Positions 44,001 to 50,300 of a stretch of 64,000 nucleotides of DNA are shown piece after piece (the first letter of the stretch is position 1; each line of letters starts with the position of its first letter). Origin of the DNA: an uncultured Myxococcales bacterium (GTDB lineage: Bacteria > Myxococcota_A > UBA9042 > CAIXZC01); NCBI GenBank assembly GCA_903923815.1, contig CAIXZC010000084.1, positions 37,350-101,349 of the forward strand, given 5' to 3'. The notes under the pieces are model-generated. The model was not told the DNA's origin. It was given only the letters and a program-made list of their open reading frames with translations, and searched no databases. The position numbers and the translations under genes were made by a program.

Positions 44001-44375
44001 TGCGACTCCGCGGGTGCTGCGTCTACTCCGAGCCCACCACCTGTGGCGGTTACAAGTGCAACTTCGCGGGCACCAACTGCGAGACCGTGTGCACTGCCGA
44101 CGATGACTGCATCGACGGCTACTTCTGCGCCGGCTCCGAGTGCCAGCTCAAGAAGCCCAATGGCGAGACCTGCTCCTTCGACCAGTTCGACAACCGCGAG
44201 TGCGCCTCCGGCTTCTGCGTTGACGGTTACTGCTGCAACGCCGGCTGCGAAGAGAACTGCAAGGCCTGCAACGTCGAGAACAACCTGGGCACCTGCACCT
44301 TCGCCAATGTTGACACCGACCCCGCCCACGACTGCGGCTTCTGCAAGGTCTGCAATGGTTCGGGTACCTGCGTGA
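29091..44375 (+). CDS. Giant Cys-rich modular lipoprotein, upstream reading-frame segment
   Basis: The ORF track shows one open frame, 28788..44375. ATG 29091 has a strong RBS. The N-terminus MRVGHSWLKLVVALGMVTMLAC is a signal peptide plus a lipobox-like LAC (Cys codon 29154..29156). Genuine coding runs to ~44018. The last ~120 codons to the stop are out-of-frame Ala/Pro/Ser/Thr text after a 1-nt frame break. Confidence 0.9.
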   Translation: MRVGHSWLKLVVALGMVTMLACTQQPAAVTSPDTGVDDILDTLDAVGKQTGLAASTNPTLTITQPVSDYLYFQWDAVSTDIAVTFAVTNWTPWPQDGKLVRCYLDGEEHGYITTGDIYTFTGVPHGEHQLCCSLAQGPDLDFCEATDCVYVRVQRPCTMEGDPICDDGNPCSLDGCIQQGNTTNFVCRYGTPVGQTGCCQSQKDCGCVNAFDGARWETCDDTTSFCVMCKDDAACDDGESCTNDYCSEGLCKNDWIVDGNGAKCCHAGIANVAAVCNDGKFCTVDSCDEGAGWCKNESNGDPICCEADPDVNCDDSNVCTLDRCIAHVCRHGPVSDPLCCNNSTECDDGNPCTDDLCDPDTNQCQFIENNLTNCCNVHPDCSSGGKWDDEDASTLDYCQNFQCVHVTNPTYCDATGTHPCLDDGDACTTDACESNVCKHNYMAGCCNVDKDCNDKKYCTKDTCLCLNGTNPDGSCKCPLDNPDCNATKECSNAPINGCCETNDECIDGNPCNLDACINHVCRYGPNWNLTNCCQNDANCDDGNTCTDAYCDLETKTCITSLVEGQTPKCCFTDSQCDDNDFFTLDVCKDKRCTNLPDPSVCDAAHSECNDNNPCTTDSCDFVLGKCRHVAIANCCKNIYECTVLPLTDSNTCTTDTCNLTTNRCEFAAIANCCTSTANCNDNDPCTADSCMNNTCRHVAPPSCCDADADCDDGNTCTINKCKKNLPADLTGQCQLTVVAEPGCCTTAAGCNDSNICTDDTCVNYKCENADVQGDCCQVDPDCNDDNICTCDKCIFGKCRFLTPDVATTDCNLSPLCCANAAACQDDMNPCTENLCVDSICTYKPTVPCKVALPYYQNFNTCPKFSTLGWQQVDLGAEAIHNWICTAEGDLGIDNHLRFNWVPAVFNPFDNFIVTPGLLAQNAGFVTVQFDQQFDYDETYGVDPVNLGVYVVQDIGAVDNIIQPDDTFIPIYQELDAVADLAAGQKHVIIPPTYLSNSLYIGFNISSSSSQNLGFYDIDNVKICKGRPPAFVNPPAAVGTAWNTEKWFNFKVKDLDDTPLTFTIVEGPGFVSLMPAQYSWFNKEYTLTMVAAATTQDQVGEHKVVIEVNDGCLSARQEITMTVLLTSGFVVWKPTVVPEAAGAALFDAIVAAGENVQLVEDLDLFANLDGISGVFITLGVYGNRFQLNSLPASTLAKLTSYLDKGGNVYMEGGDTWFVDTASAVHPYFHIQGIHDGTAGKFVGNIVGKNFAFGEDFAAANLTSVNNFLDRINPVASSGAVPLLKPASFNTWNFMVGYQDSTKNYRTVGSSIPIAALTEVATGTRNSLVGKIVEFFKNGWPACSNDSQCDDGVACTLDTCENNECKNVAQDVCISCADDRDCPADYACKMSNKICGQILGERFDSKDTPRAIASATAGIYTSKITVPGALNVDNVNVKLYIAHTARGDLKVTLSHGGVAVVLKTNNVTDRVTNLYYTYDYGTTTYVGSTFSMDDFDGMVENGDWTLTVEDMYAGDGGNLLKWSLFVVADVPTCGIDDDCDDGVVCTLDTCNTEQGYCQFEVDTCEDTDADHPNLCTTDTCDDTLGCLHAPKDCDDNSVCTDDSCDTLTGDCINTPVKNCIGACLTHKDCGYDDYCEPVSKVCQPIPGTPYYSPNATDEAIPDNNTAALISKITIPGGGYIDDINVKVMIKHTYSGDLTVILSNGTKTLTLHDQTGGSRDDVWKVFDLADAADGGDLSVFNGQPLAGEWTLEMRDYAAGDVGKLFRWTIFVGTSTCFSDVNCDDKNMCTTDVCDTQVQGGQCVNTPVVCDDGSWCNGTEICRPDAGCIVGVAPIINDKNPCTADVCDEAQQQVFHTPMDSACDDGNFCNGAETCHLVQGCKAGTAPATDDGILCTLDYCDEAGDVIQHVPSNNACSDGLFCNGPEICNPNDPAADVEGCVAGSAPMLDDGIDCTLDACDEIKKVVTHTANHTLCSDSQFCNGIEICDLTQGCIAGNVPAGSDDNVGCTLDACDETQDKWTHTPQDSVCDDGLFCTGAEKCLANTGCVVQNVPVVDDKVNCTVDTCDETNDIVTHLPDVTLCEDGNACTDNICSPTAGCTFMFNTVPCDDGEACTKNDVCAIGRCTSGTPNTDLITCTGCIQDSDCPDDGNACNGKLKCDIASATCVMDPANAVVHCDLHANPCMVNECNPAKGICEAKAKSAGTNCNDYVACTANDRCNGAGVCLGSDSCNDQLFCNGSEACNKQSGECVSSAAPKIDDNNNCTIDYCDEANNAVVHVASHSYCSDGQYCNGEEICDTKNGCHAGTPLSLNDEFECTIDTCNETVDAIVHTPNNVACSDGQFCNGAEICSTLNGCNLGVVPTEDDGIICTDETCDETSDSVKHVPNHEICNDGNVCNGINYCSVMEGCLEGPLPDPDDGIPCTMDTCENGEIVNSPVDSACDDGVFCNGAELCSSTLGCVSSPILAVDDSIDCTVDYCDENADQVVHLTSDVVCDDGAFCNGTEICDLSQGCISNNVPDCADNNPCSADVCNPALNNGIGACDNSGRVQFCEATCGGNHSFDAGDDDCGYDDACVGGLSGQGSGNCTPICASDSCGTARSGALTTRIPDMECLTANLTVDAPNGFVAGVDVKAALVHSRVADLQVRVQDPAGNWVTLWNKGTGGSNANFNNTFVASYSAIPGSMCSFIGKQADGVWKLEICDQSAGNEGVLKGWGIYVDSSAQNLSSGDVCATPINITSEDGDYTYVGELACASNNYNGACGGAGGPDRVYRFTLTGTTTVTASTDSEDLLVYIKSAANCDGASSACGPTLTKQLAAGSYVLVVDSASSAAPDYKLSVSFRELLASGLPCTDDTQCIAGHCANGFCCAAGDCCAANDDCPASYTATSECLDPNSCQGVRTEGTCEDNTCVAKEFPDDSGCNARLAVACGCFADMLCTNAVTQDAPVCPATCNGDSDCDTETCFCNTFSICATKGSNGNACTEGRQCLSGHCNNGICCDSGDCCQVDSECPLSYNKPPECDSPGSCQGHVWNRSCVNYTCTSGIADDDSLCGVTTVADECGPYPAAMCSGLVEQEPPVCANTCVQDTDCDEYSRCDNGICAPFQPNGSPCAANGECQSDHCENGFCCDAGVCCDVAASCPAGFTMLPTCHDPAGCQGSSKAALCIGFTCLESPANDDTPCTTEIKARDCGLYAPVFCTGQLNQGAPAACKTQCLTNADCAATAYCDSTTSKCVVKTPDGARCTGDQMCASGHCSNGFCCASGDCCALDGDCPASYAAEPTCDDPATCQGTKKLKQCSNFICKSKSVPHDGGCTAAMVSKDCGCFPSVYCNGAQEQATPACKTFCAGDPECDLSCHCDGACVPNQTLGIACDEDVDCASGFCVDGVCCNSRCEGLCKTCKGVDTEGTCTYVVNEGDADNECPSCQTCNGSGACAKVAAGKDPVNDCTALSQSTCLLDGACDGNGSCSKWPLGTECQAKKCVNGQKTNPSLCNGSGTCQAGPTVSCGLYNCTAGGDDCLTTCSSDTDCASGNWCDKFNQCVPKKALGDVCSSVLGYSPTADANAQCSSGFCADGVCCSDACQGACKACDTLGNEGICILASPSTDPLQECGICGQCDGVGSCVKTPAGEDDPRQTCDAIKKLATTCSYDGTCNGDGACRLWTWGTVCVNGTGCTAADGGAGDWANGASICNGNGQCIPAGQLACSPYRCNGTDACFDTCNTNAECAPTAICYGNKCIQAKPDGQTCSGETAGYECQSGLCVDGICCATACDGLCEACNVTGKLGICTAIPANTDPANECTTACNACDGNRACGAVTPGTDPTDDCAASLQTSCGLDGTCGAGGVCRSWLDGTVCTAQTCNPITNTLTLASTCDGLGVCDNNGTKSCSPFKCNNLKTNCATICAFDTDCVIGAYCGQDRRCHAKKANDGSTCAEDKECISGICTDGFCCDSECGLTCESCALPGKVGTCTLVAAQEDPDNDCAEPCQACSGIDHTCILAVAGSDPNADCTQSEPGTCGLDGNCDGTGLCQYWASTTECRPASCVNGLLTQASTCPGEGASCPTGEEVSCGNYRCDGTSACKTACDTDADCLGGAYCRTDTHECVAKLSIGEDCGENAQCASGFCADGVCCETSCDGGCRSCNLPDSVGVCTFFGTGTDPDVDCESCQVCNGAGLCVAAANNTDPKDECAAGAGECGLSGFCNGASTCGYWGNDHNCGATSCAADVFTPFGKCDGEGNCAASQPEPCVAFKCNDGGTSCRTVCTTNDQCQTGFWCNSLGKCVSSMPNGTPCNPAVPAECDSGYCVNGFCCDGTCASTCKTCNQNWSTTGTIAIDGNLADWGSTKKLGTGSNAVGYYITFDADYIYLAWDGVNLSADKVFVAFDIDALKAGDSGVGGSSNAKGGAYFTGLRKPEYLVAFNKTVSGGVINLYAESATTPGTWDFAQNMSGWSNFPGYDSTHKVNELRIPKSALPGLSTTSGMGVWMWVNNAAETNVWSIWPNTNTAGAAPIAMANAQFFIAGQGMCQFVHNDSDPDFECGLCKVCNGSGACKFVANDVVDPKGQCTQSTPDTCATNGRCNGSGICSLWSPETVCIPISCVDDKTVTKVSFCTGAGDCTSNGTEECADGFKCKNGACLVMCTTNDDCQTGRYCDGTACQLSKDNGQTCSTSAECSSGNCVDGYCCDSACNGTCEACNVSGSAGTCTAHAASTDPDNDCIACLVCNGSGGCVNVPDGDDPVDDCQLSEAGTCGLNGVCNGTGTCSFWPATQVCAAASCGVASDGLHYEAKAQRSCSGAGACAAVTPSSCGAYRCSKVNGETHLCGTACTAATDCVAGFYCDATSKCVAKSAVGTACTTGDSCMSGYCTDGYCCDKSCNGPCVACNLAGKNGTCTALENGFDSKTAPECPICQVCNGTDGCRAVVAGLADPKQYCSIEDPCGFSGLCDGAGGCGKYGPETSCGTGASACRIESGIHTLYPKEHCDSAGAASTPSPPPVAVTSATSRAPTARPCALPTMTASTATSAPAPSASSRSPMARPAPSTSSTTASAPPASALTVTAATPAAKRTARPATSRTTWAPAPSPMLTPTPPTTAASARSAMVRVPA
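29555..31637 (+). repeat. Cys-rich repeat region 1: CTDC-like (slime-mould-type) repeats
   Basis: About 15-20 imperfect units of the form C.DGN.CT.D.C.....C.H/F......CC, for example CDDGNPCTDDLCDPDTNQCQFIENNLTNCC and CDDGNTCTDAYCDLETKTCITS. From memory the pattern resembles the Pfam Dicty_CTDC repeat. This was not verified. Confidence 0.6.
31641..32163 (+). other. Isolated N-terminal copy of the jelly-roll-like LPY module
   Basis: It reads ALPYYQNFNTCPKFSTLGWQQVDLG...NHLRFNWVP...VTVQFDQQFDY...LYIGFNISSSSSQNLGFYDIDNVKIC. It opens and closes the same way as the C-terminal array units (LPY..F...W ... F.[FI]D[ND]V.[VI]). Confidence 0.45.
33275..33668 (+). other. Proprotein-convertase P-domain-like module 1
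   Basis: It reads ...IYTSKITVPGALNVDNVNVKLYIAHTARGDLKVTLSHGGVAVVLK...FDGMVENGDWTLTVEDMYAGDGGNLLKWSLFV. This matches the P-domain logic I..V.V.L.I.HT..GDL...L.SP.G....L....F.G....G.W.L.V.D....D.G.L..W.L. Confidence 0.65.
34015..34396 (+). other. Proprotein-convertase P-domain-like module 2
   Basis: It reads ...LISKITIPGGGYIDDINVKVMIKHTYSGDLTVILSNGTKTLTLHDQTGG...FNGQPLAGEWTLEMRDYAAGDVGKLFRWTIFV. Confidence 0.65.
34400..36730 (+). repeat. Cys-rich repeat region 2: ~50-aa units containing C.DG.FCNG.E.C
   Basis: Eleven copies were seen: CDDGSWCNGTEIC, CDDGNFCNGAETC, CSDGLFCNGPEIC, CSDSQFCNGIEIC, CDDGLFCTGAEKC, CNDQLFCNGSEAC, CSDGQYCNGEEIC, CSDGQFCNGAEIC, CNDGNVCNGINYC, CDDGVFCNGAELC and CDDGAFCNGTEIC. 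Each is followed by ..GC..G..P...D...CT.D.CDE......H.P. Confidence 0.7.
36888..37236 (+). other. Proprotein-convertase P-domain-like module 3 (more divergent)
   Basis: It reads LTANLTVDAPNGFVAGVDVKAALVHSRVADLQVRVQDPAGNWVTLWNKGTGGS...FIGKQADGVWKLEICDQSAGNEGVLKGWGIYV. Confidence 0.55.
37610..39150 (+). repeat. Four tandem ~130-aa Cys modules with the core C..GHC.NGFCC..GDCC
   Basis: Core motifs start at 37646, 38036, 38424 and 38818, a period of 388-394 nt. They read CIAGHCANGFCCAAGDCC, CLSGHCNNGICCDSGDCC, CQSDHCENGFCCDAGVCC and CASGHCSNGFCCASGDCC. Confidence 0.8.
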
Positions 44376-47300
44376 ACGCCTCGGCGGGCTCCGACTTCCA
44401 CGGCGAATGCGACGCTGACCCCGACATCTGCGGCAAGGACGGCAACTGCAACGGCGTCGGCGCCTGCCGCTACGCCCCCAACACCACCGTCTGCATTCCC
44501 CAGTCCTGCGATGACTACACCTTGCAGCACCAGAGCCTGTGTGACGGCCAGGGTGCCTGCATTGACGCGGGCGCCGAAGTCTGCCCCAACCACTTCTCCT
44601 GCAACACCGAGACGGGCGCCTGCAAGACGGGCTGCACCGTGAAGGAAGACTGCGCGGGCGACTTCTACTGCGAAGGCAACACCTGCATCGTCCAGCGCGC
44701 CAACGGCCAGACCTGCGGTGCCAACGCCGAGTGCGCCTCCGGCTTCTGCGTTGATGGCTACTGCTGCAACGCCGCCTGCGATGGCTCCTGCCAGACCTGC
44801 GGTGTTCACGCGCCCACCCCCGGTACCTGCGCCTACGTGGCGGTCAACGCCGACCCCGAGAACGAGTGCGGCAACTGTGGCGCCTGCAACGCGGCCCACG
44901 CGTGTGTGCTGGTTCCCGCCGGTCAGGACCCCGTCAGCGATTGCACCGCCGACGCCATGTCCACCTGTGGTCTGGACGGCCAGTGCGATGGCGCTGGTGT
45001 CTGCCGCAAGTGGTCTGCCATCACTGTTTGCATGGCCAAGTACTGCTCTCAGGGTGTGCAGCACAATGACAGCCTCTGCAATGGCAACGGCACCTGCCAG
45101 ACCGGCTCCGAGACGGCCTGCGATCCCTACGCCTGCGACGCGGCCGCCGTGGCCTGCCAGACCTCTTGCGACGAAGACGCCGACTGCATCGGTACCCACC
45201 GCTGCGTGGGCGGCGCCTGCGTGGCCAGGGCCTCCCTGGGCAACGCCTGCACCGAGGACACCGACTGCATCTCCGGCCAGTGCGCCGATGGCGTCTGCTG
45301 CGACCTGCCCTGCGAAGGCACCTGCGCCAGCTGCAACGTGGCCGGCCTCGAAGGCATCTGCACCTTCCATACCAAGGACACCGATCCCCAGACCCCGGCC
45401 GAGTGCGGCCTCTGCCAGGCCTGCTCCGGCGTGGGCACCTGCGTCGCCCAGACCAAGGGCAAGGACGCCAAGAATCAATGCGAGCCTTCCGCTGAGGCCT
45501 CCTGTGGCCTGAACGGCTTCTGCAACGGCGCCTCTGCCTGCGATTACTGGGGCCTCACCACCCAGTGCAGCGATCCCGCCTGCACCGGCACCACCCACAA
45601 CCCCGCCGAGTTCTGCAACGGCACGGGCCAGTGCGTGCCCAAGCTCGAGACGGATTGCTGCCCCTACGAGTGCGGCACCAACGGCAACTGCCGGACCACC
45701 TGCGACCAGGATCACCCCTGCTGCAACGGCGTGGCCTGCGAGGGCGGCATCTGCATCGCCGAGAAGACTGACGGCGAAAGCTGCAACGCCGGTGGCGAGT
45801 GCACCTCGGGCTTCTGCGTTGACGGCATCTGCTGCAACGAGGCCTGCGACGGCGAGTGCCGGACCTGCAACCTGAACCCCGCGACTCGCGGTACCTGCTC
45901 GAACCACGTCGATGACACTGACCCCGACTTCGAGTGCGGCTCCTGCCGCGTCTGCAACGGCAACGGCTTCTGCAAGAACGAAAGCGCCGGCGCCGACGTC
46001 AAGGACCTGTGCGTGGCCTCCGACGATCTGCTCGAACCCTGCGGCAACTCCGGTGTTTGCACCGGCACCGGTACCTGCGCCAAGCGCGGCGTGGACACGG
46101 TCTGCCGTCCCGAAAGCTGCGTCAACCACACTTACGCCCAGCCCGCCTTCTGCGACGGCGACGGCGCCTGCGTGATCCCCACCCCCGCCTCTGCGGATTG
46201 CACCGAGACTGTCTGCGACCAGAACAACGCCAACTGCGTTGACCAGAAGTACAACTGCAGCCTCAGCAACAAGTGCCTCACTGCCTGTGTTGGGTCCGGT
46301 GACTGCCAGAGCACCCACTACTGCCTTGGCAATGCCTGCATTCCCAAGAAGGCTGTTGGTACCACCTGCCAGGCCAACTCTGAGTGCTCCAGCAACTTCT
46401 GCGTTGACGGCTACTGCTGCAACCGCGCCTGCGACAGCACCTGCGAAGTGTGTGATGCGGACGGCAGCCACGGCGTGTGCACGCTGGTGGCCGCTGGGCT
46501 GGATCCCAAGGCCGATTGCTCGTTCTGCCAGGCCTGCACCGGTACGTCCAACTCCTGCGCCATGGTGGCGGCCGGCAACGACCCCAAGAACGACTGCGCT
46601 CCCACCGCCGCCTCCACCTGCAGCTTCAGCGGCGAGTGCGATGGCGCCGGTATCTGCCAGTTGTGGCCCTCCGACACCGTCTGCGCTCCCCAGACCTGCG
46701 TTGACGGCTACCTCTACCAGCCCTCCACCTGCGACGGCGTCGGCGGCACCTGCCCCGAGCAGGTCCAGCAGTTCTGCGGTGGCTACGCCTGCGACGGCAC
46801 CGAGTGCTTCACCGAGTGCACCACCAACGACAACTGCTTCGGCGGTTACTGGTGCTCCATCCCCGAAGGCCAGACCGTCGGTTCCTGCATCAACAAGGTC
46901 AACAACGGCTTTGTCTGCGGCAACAACGACCAGTGCCTCTCCGGCAACTGCGTGGACGGTGTGTGCTGCGACGCTCCCTGCGACGGCACCTGCCAGGCCT
47001 GCGACGTGACCGGCCAGATCGGCCACTGCTACCCCGTGCCCAACGACCAGGATCCGGACCTCGAGTGCGGCGAGTGCCACGTCTGCTCCGGCGGCGGCGA
47101 GTGCAAGCCCTCTACCGACGGCACCGACCTCAAGAACCAGTGCGCTTCCTCCGATCCTCTCACCTGCGGCACCGTCGGTTCCTGCAAGGCCGGCGTCTGC
47201 GAGAAGTGGGGCGCCACGACCATCTGCGCCAACCTGGGCTGCAGTGGCTCCCTCATTGATCCGATCAACACCTGCGACGGCAACGGCGTGTGCATCGACG

Positions 47301-50300
47301 CGGGCCCGGCCCAGCCCTGCCCGAACAACCTGAAGTGCGCCAACGCCACCTCCTGCTTGGCCGTCTGCAGCGCGTCTACCGATTGCCAGACTGGCTTCTA
47401 CTGCATGGGCACCGCCTGTGTGGCCAAGAAGAACGACGGCGAGACCTGCACCGCGTCTCAGTTCGGCAACAACGAATGCCTCTCCGGCAACTGCGTGGAC
47501 GGCGTCTGCTGCAACACCCCCTGCAACGGCGAGTGCCAGTCCTGTGGCATCCTGGGTCACGAGGGCGCCTGCTCCAACATCGATGGCGGCATTGACCCCG
47601 ACCTCGAGTGCGACCCCTGCATGGCCTGCTTCGGCAACGCCTCCTGCGAGAACGTCCCGGCGGGCGAAGACGCCCCCACCGGTGACTGCCTCGCCGAGCT
47701 GCCCGCCACCTGCGCCAACAACGGCAAGTGCGACGGCGCTGGCGCCTGCCAGAACTACGTGGCCGGCACCATCTGCGTCGGCCAGACCTGCGACGCCGCC
47801 ACCGGCACCCTGTACTTGGCCGAGACCTGCGACGGCGATGCCACCTGCAGCACCCTCTCCGCGACGGAAAGCTGCTGCCCGTTCAAGTGCTCTGGCGACG
47901 TCTGCGACACCTTCTGTGTGGACGCCTCCGAGTGCTGCGCCGGGGCCTTCTGCTCCCTGGGCTCCTGCGTGTGGAAGCTGGTCGACGGCGACACCTGCAC
48001 CGAGGCTTCCCAGTGCGCCTCCGGCAACTGCGTGGACGGCTTCTGCTGCGAAAGCTCCTGCAACGGTATCTGCGAGAACTGCAGTGCGGTTCCCGGCACC
48101 TGCGCCGCGGACCTTGACAACACCGACCCCTCCAACTCCTGCACCGACGCCTGCAAGGTGTGCGACGGCGCCAAGGCCTGCCGTAACGTGGATGCTGACC
48201 AGGATCCCACCGACGACTGCACGGTCCAGGCCGAGTCCTCCTGCGGCACCACGGGCGTGTGCAGCGGCACCGGCTCCTGCGCTCTCTACGCCAATGGCAC
48301 CTCCTGCTCGCCCGAGGCCTGCGACACCACCGAGTACAACGCCGAGCGCTTCTGCAACGGCACTTGGTCCTGCGTGCCCGGCTTTGTGGATGACTGCTGC
48401 CCCTACTCCTGCAACTCCGTGGCCAAGGCCTGCCGCGCTGCGGGCACCTGCTCTCAGGACTCGCACTGCTGCGCCGCGTTCTACTGCGACGTGGAGTCCG
48501 GCAACTGTGTGGATCGTTCCGCCAACGGCACCCCCTGCCTGGCCGACAACCAGTGCCTGACCAACCAGTGCGTCGACGGCGTCTGCTGCGATACCGGCTG
48601 CGACCGCGAGTGCGAGAACTGCGCTGTGACCGGTCACGTCGGTACCTGCTACCCCTACGACAACAACACCGACCCCGAGAAGGAATGCACCGCCACGTGC
48701 TCCGTCTGCAACGGTACCTCTGCCTGCAAGTTTGTGGAGCCCGGCTCCGATCCCGAGAGCGACTGCGCTGAAGACCTGGTCAATGGCTGCGGCCAGACCG
48801 GCGAATGCGGCGAGAACGGCGCTTGCCAGTTCCAGGCCACGACGATCAACTGCGGCGACGGCCCGTCCTGCGCCGACCACACCTTCCTGCCCCAGGACCA
48901 GTGCACCGGCACCGGCTCCTGCGAGGACAAGGCTGCCGTGGATTGCTGCCCGTTCCTCTGCGACGGCGTCGGTCCCGACAAGTTCTGCCGTACCTCCTGC
49001 GCCAACCACACCGAGTGCTGCACCACTGGTTACTGCAAGGACACTCAGTGCCACAACAAGGAGACCAACGGCACCACCTGCGGCTCCAACGACGAATGCG
49101 CCTCCGGCTTCTGCGTGGACGGCGTCTGCTGCAACACCGCCTGCACCAATGCCTGCGAAAGCTGCACCCAGGACACCTTCGTGGGTACCTGCAAGCCCTT
49201 CGCCTACGGCACCTACGACAAGGACTACTGCGGTCTGTGCAAGTTCTGCGGCGGCTTCAGCAACTGCGTGAACGTGCCCTTCGGTGAGGATCCCCGCGAG
49301 GACTGCATCCAGGACGCGGCGGGCTGCGGCAACAACGGTACCTGCGACGGCACCGGCAAGTGCTCCATCTGGGCCCCCACCCACGTGTGCAACGCCCAGT
49401 CCTGCGACACGGATACCAACATCCAGTACTACACCGACTACTGCTCCGGTGACGGCGTCTGCAACGATGCCGGCTCCAAGTCCTGCTGCCCCTACAAGTG
49501 CACCGGCAATGCCTGCCGCGACACCTGCTACACGGCGGATGACTGCTGTGGCGGCGCCTTCTGCATCAGCGGCGCTTGCACGGTCAAGTTCCCCGACGGC
49601 CACACCTGCTCCAAGTCCACGGACTGCTTCTCGGGCTTCTGCACCGACGGCGTCTGCTGTGAGGCCGCCTGCGACGGGACCTGCGAGTCCTGCAACGTGG
49701 CGGGCTTCGTTGGCTCCTGCGTGGGCCACGGCGACACCACCGACCCCGACAACGAGTGCGGCGCCTGCGCCTACTGCTTCGGCGGCTCGTGCCAGAACAT
49801 CACCGCTGGGGTTGACCCCCTCGACGAGTGCTCCGAAGGTCCCAAGTGCAACGCCTCCGACGGCCTCTGCGACGGTAACGGCGCCTGCACCGCCCTGTGG
49901 CCTGCCGACACCATCTGCCACGAGCAGACCTGCTCCGGCAACAAGGTCTACGCTGCGGACAAGTGCAACGCCTCCGGCGCCTGCATCGACTCCGGCGTGG
50001 CCACCTGCCCGGGCGGCTTCATGTGCGAGGACGACACCAAGTGCCGCACGGCCTGCGATGACGACGCCCACTGCTCCGGCGGTTACTTCTGCAACGCGGC
50101 CAAGATCTGCGAAGTCCAGAAGACTCTTGGCGCCACCTGCGACGCCGCCTCCGGCCTCAGCGAATGCCTGCCCGGCTACTACTGCGTGGACGGCGTCTGC
50201 TGCTCCAATCCCTGCGACGGCTTCTGCATGGAGTGCAACACCAACGGTATTTGCACCTTCGTGGCCAACAACAACGACCCGACCAACGAGTGCCTGAACG

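Noticed and set aside
44013-44026. Programmed -1 ribosomal frameshift in the giant gene
   Set aside because: There is no slippery X XXY YYZ heptamer at ggtgctgcg and no obvious downstream pseudoknot signal. A 1-nt indel explains the junction more simply.
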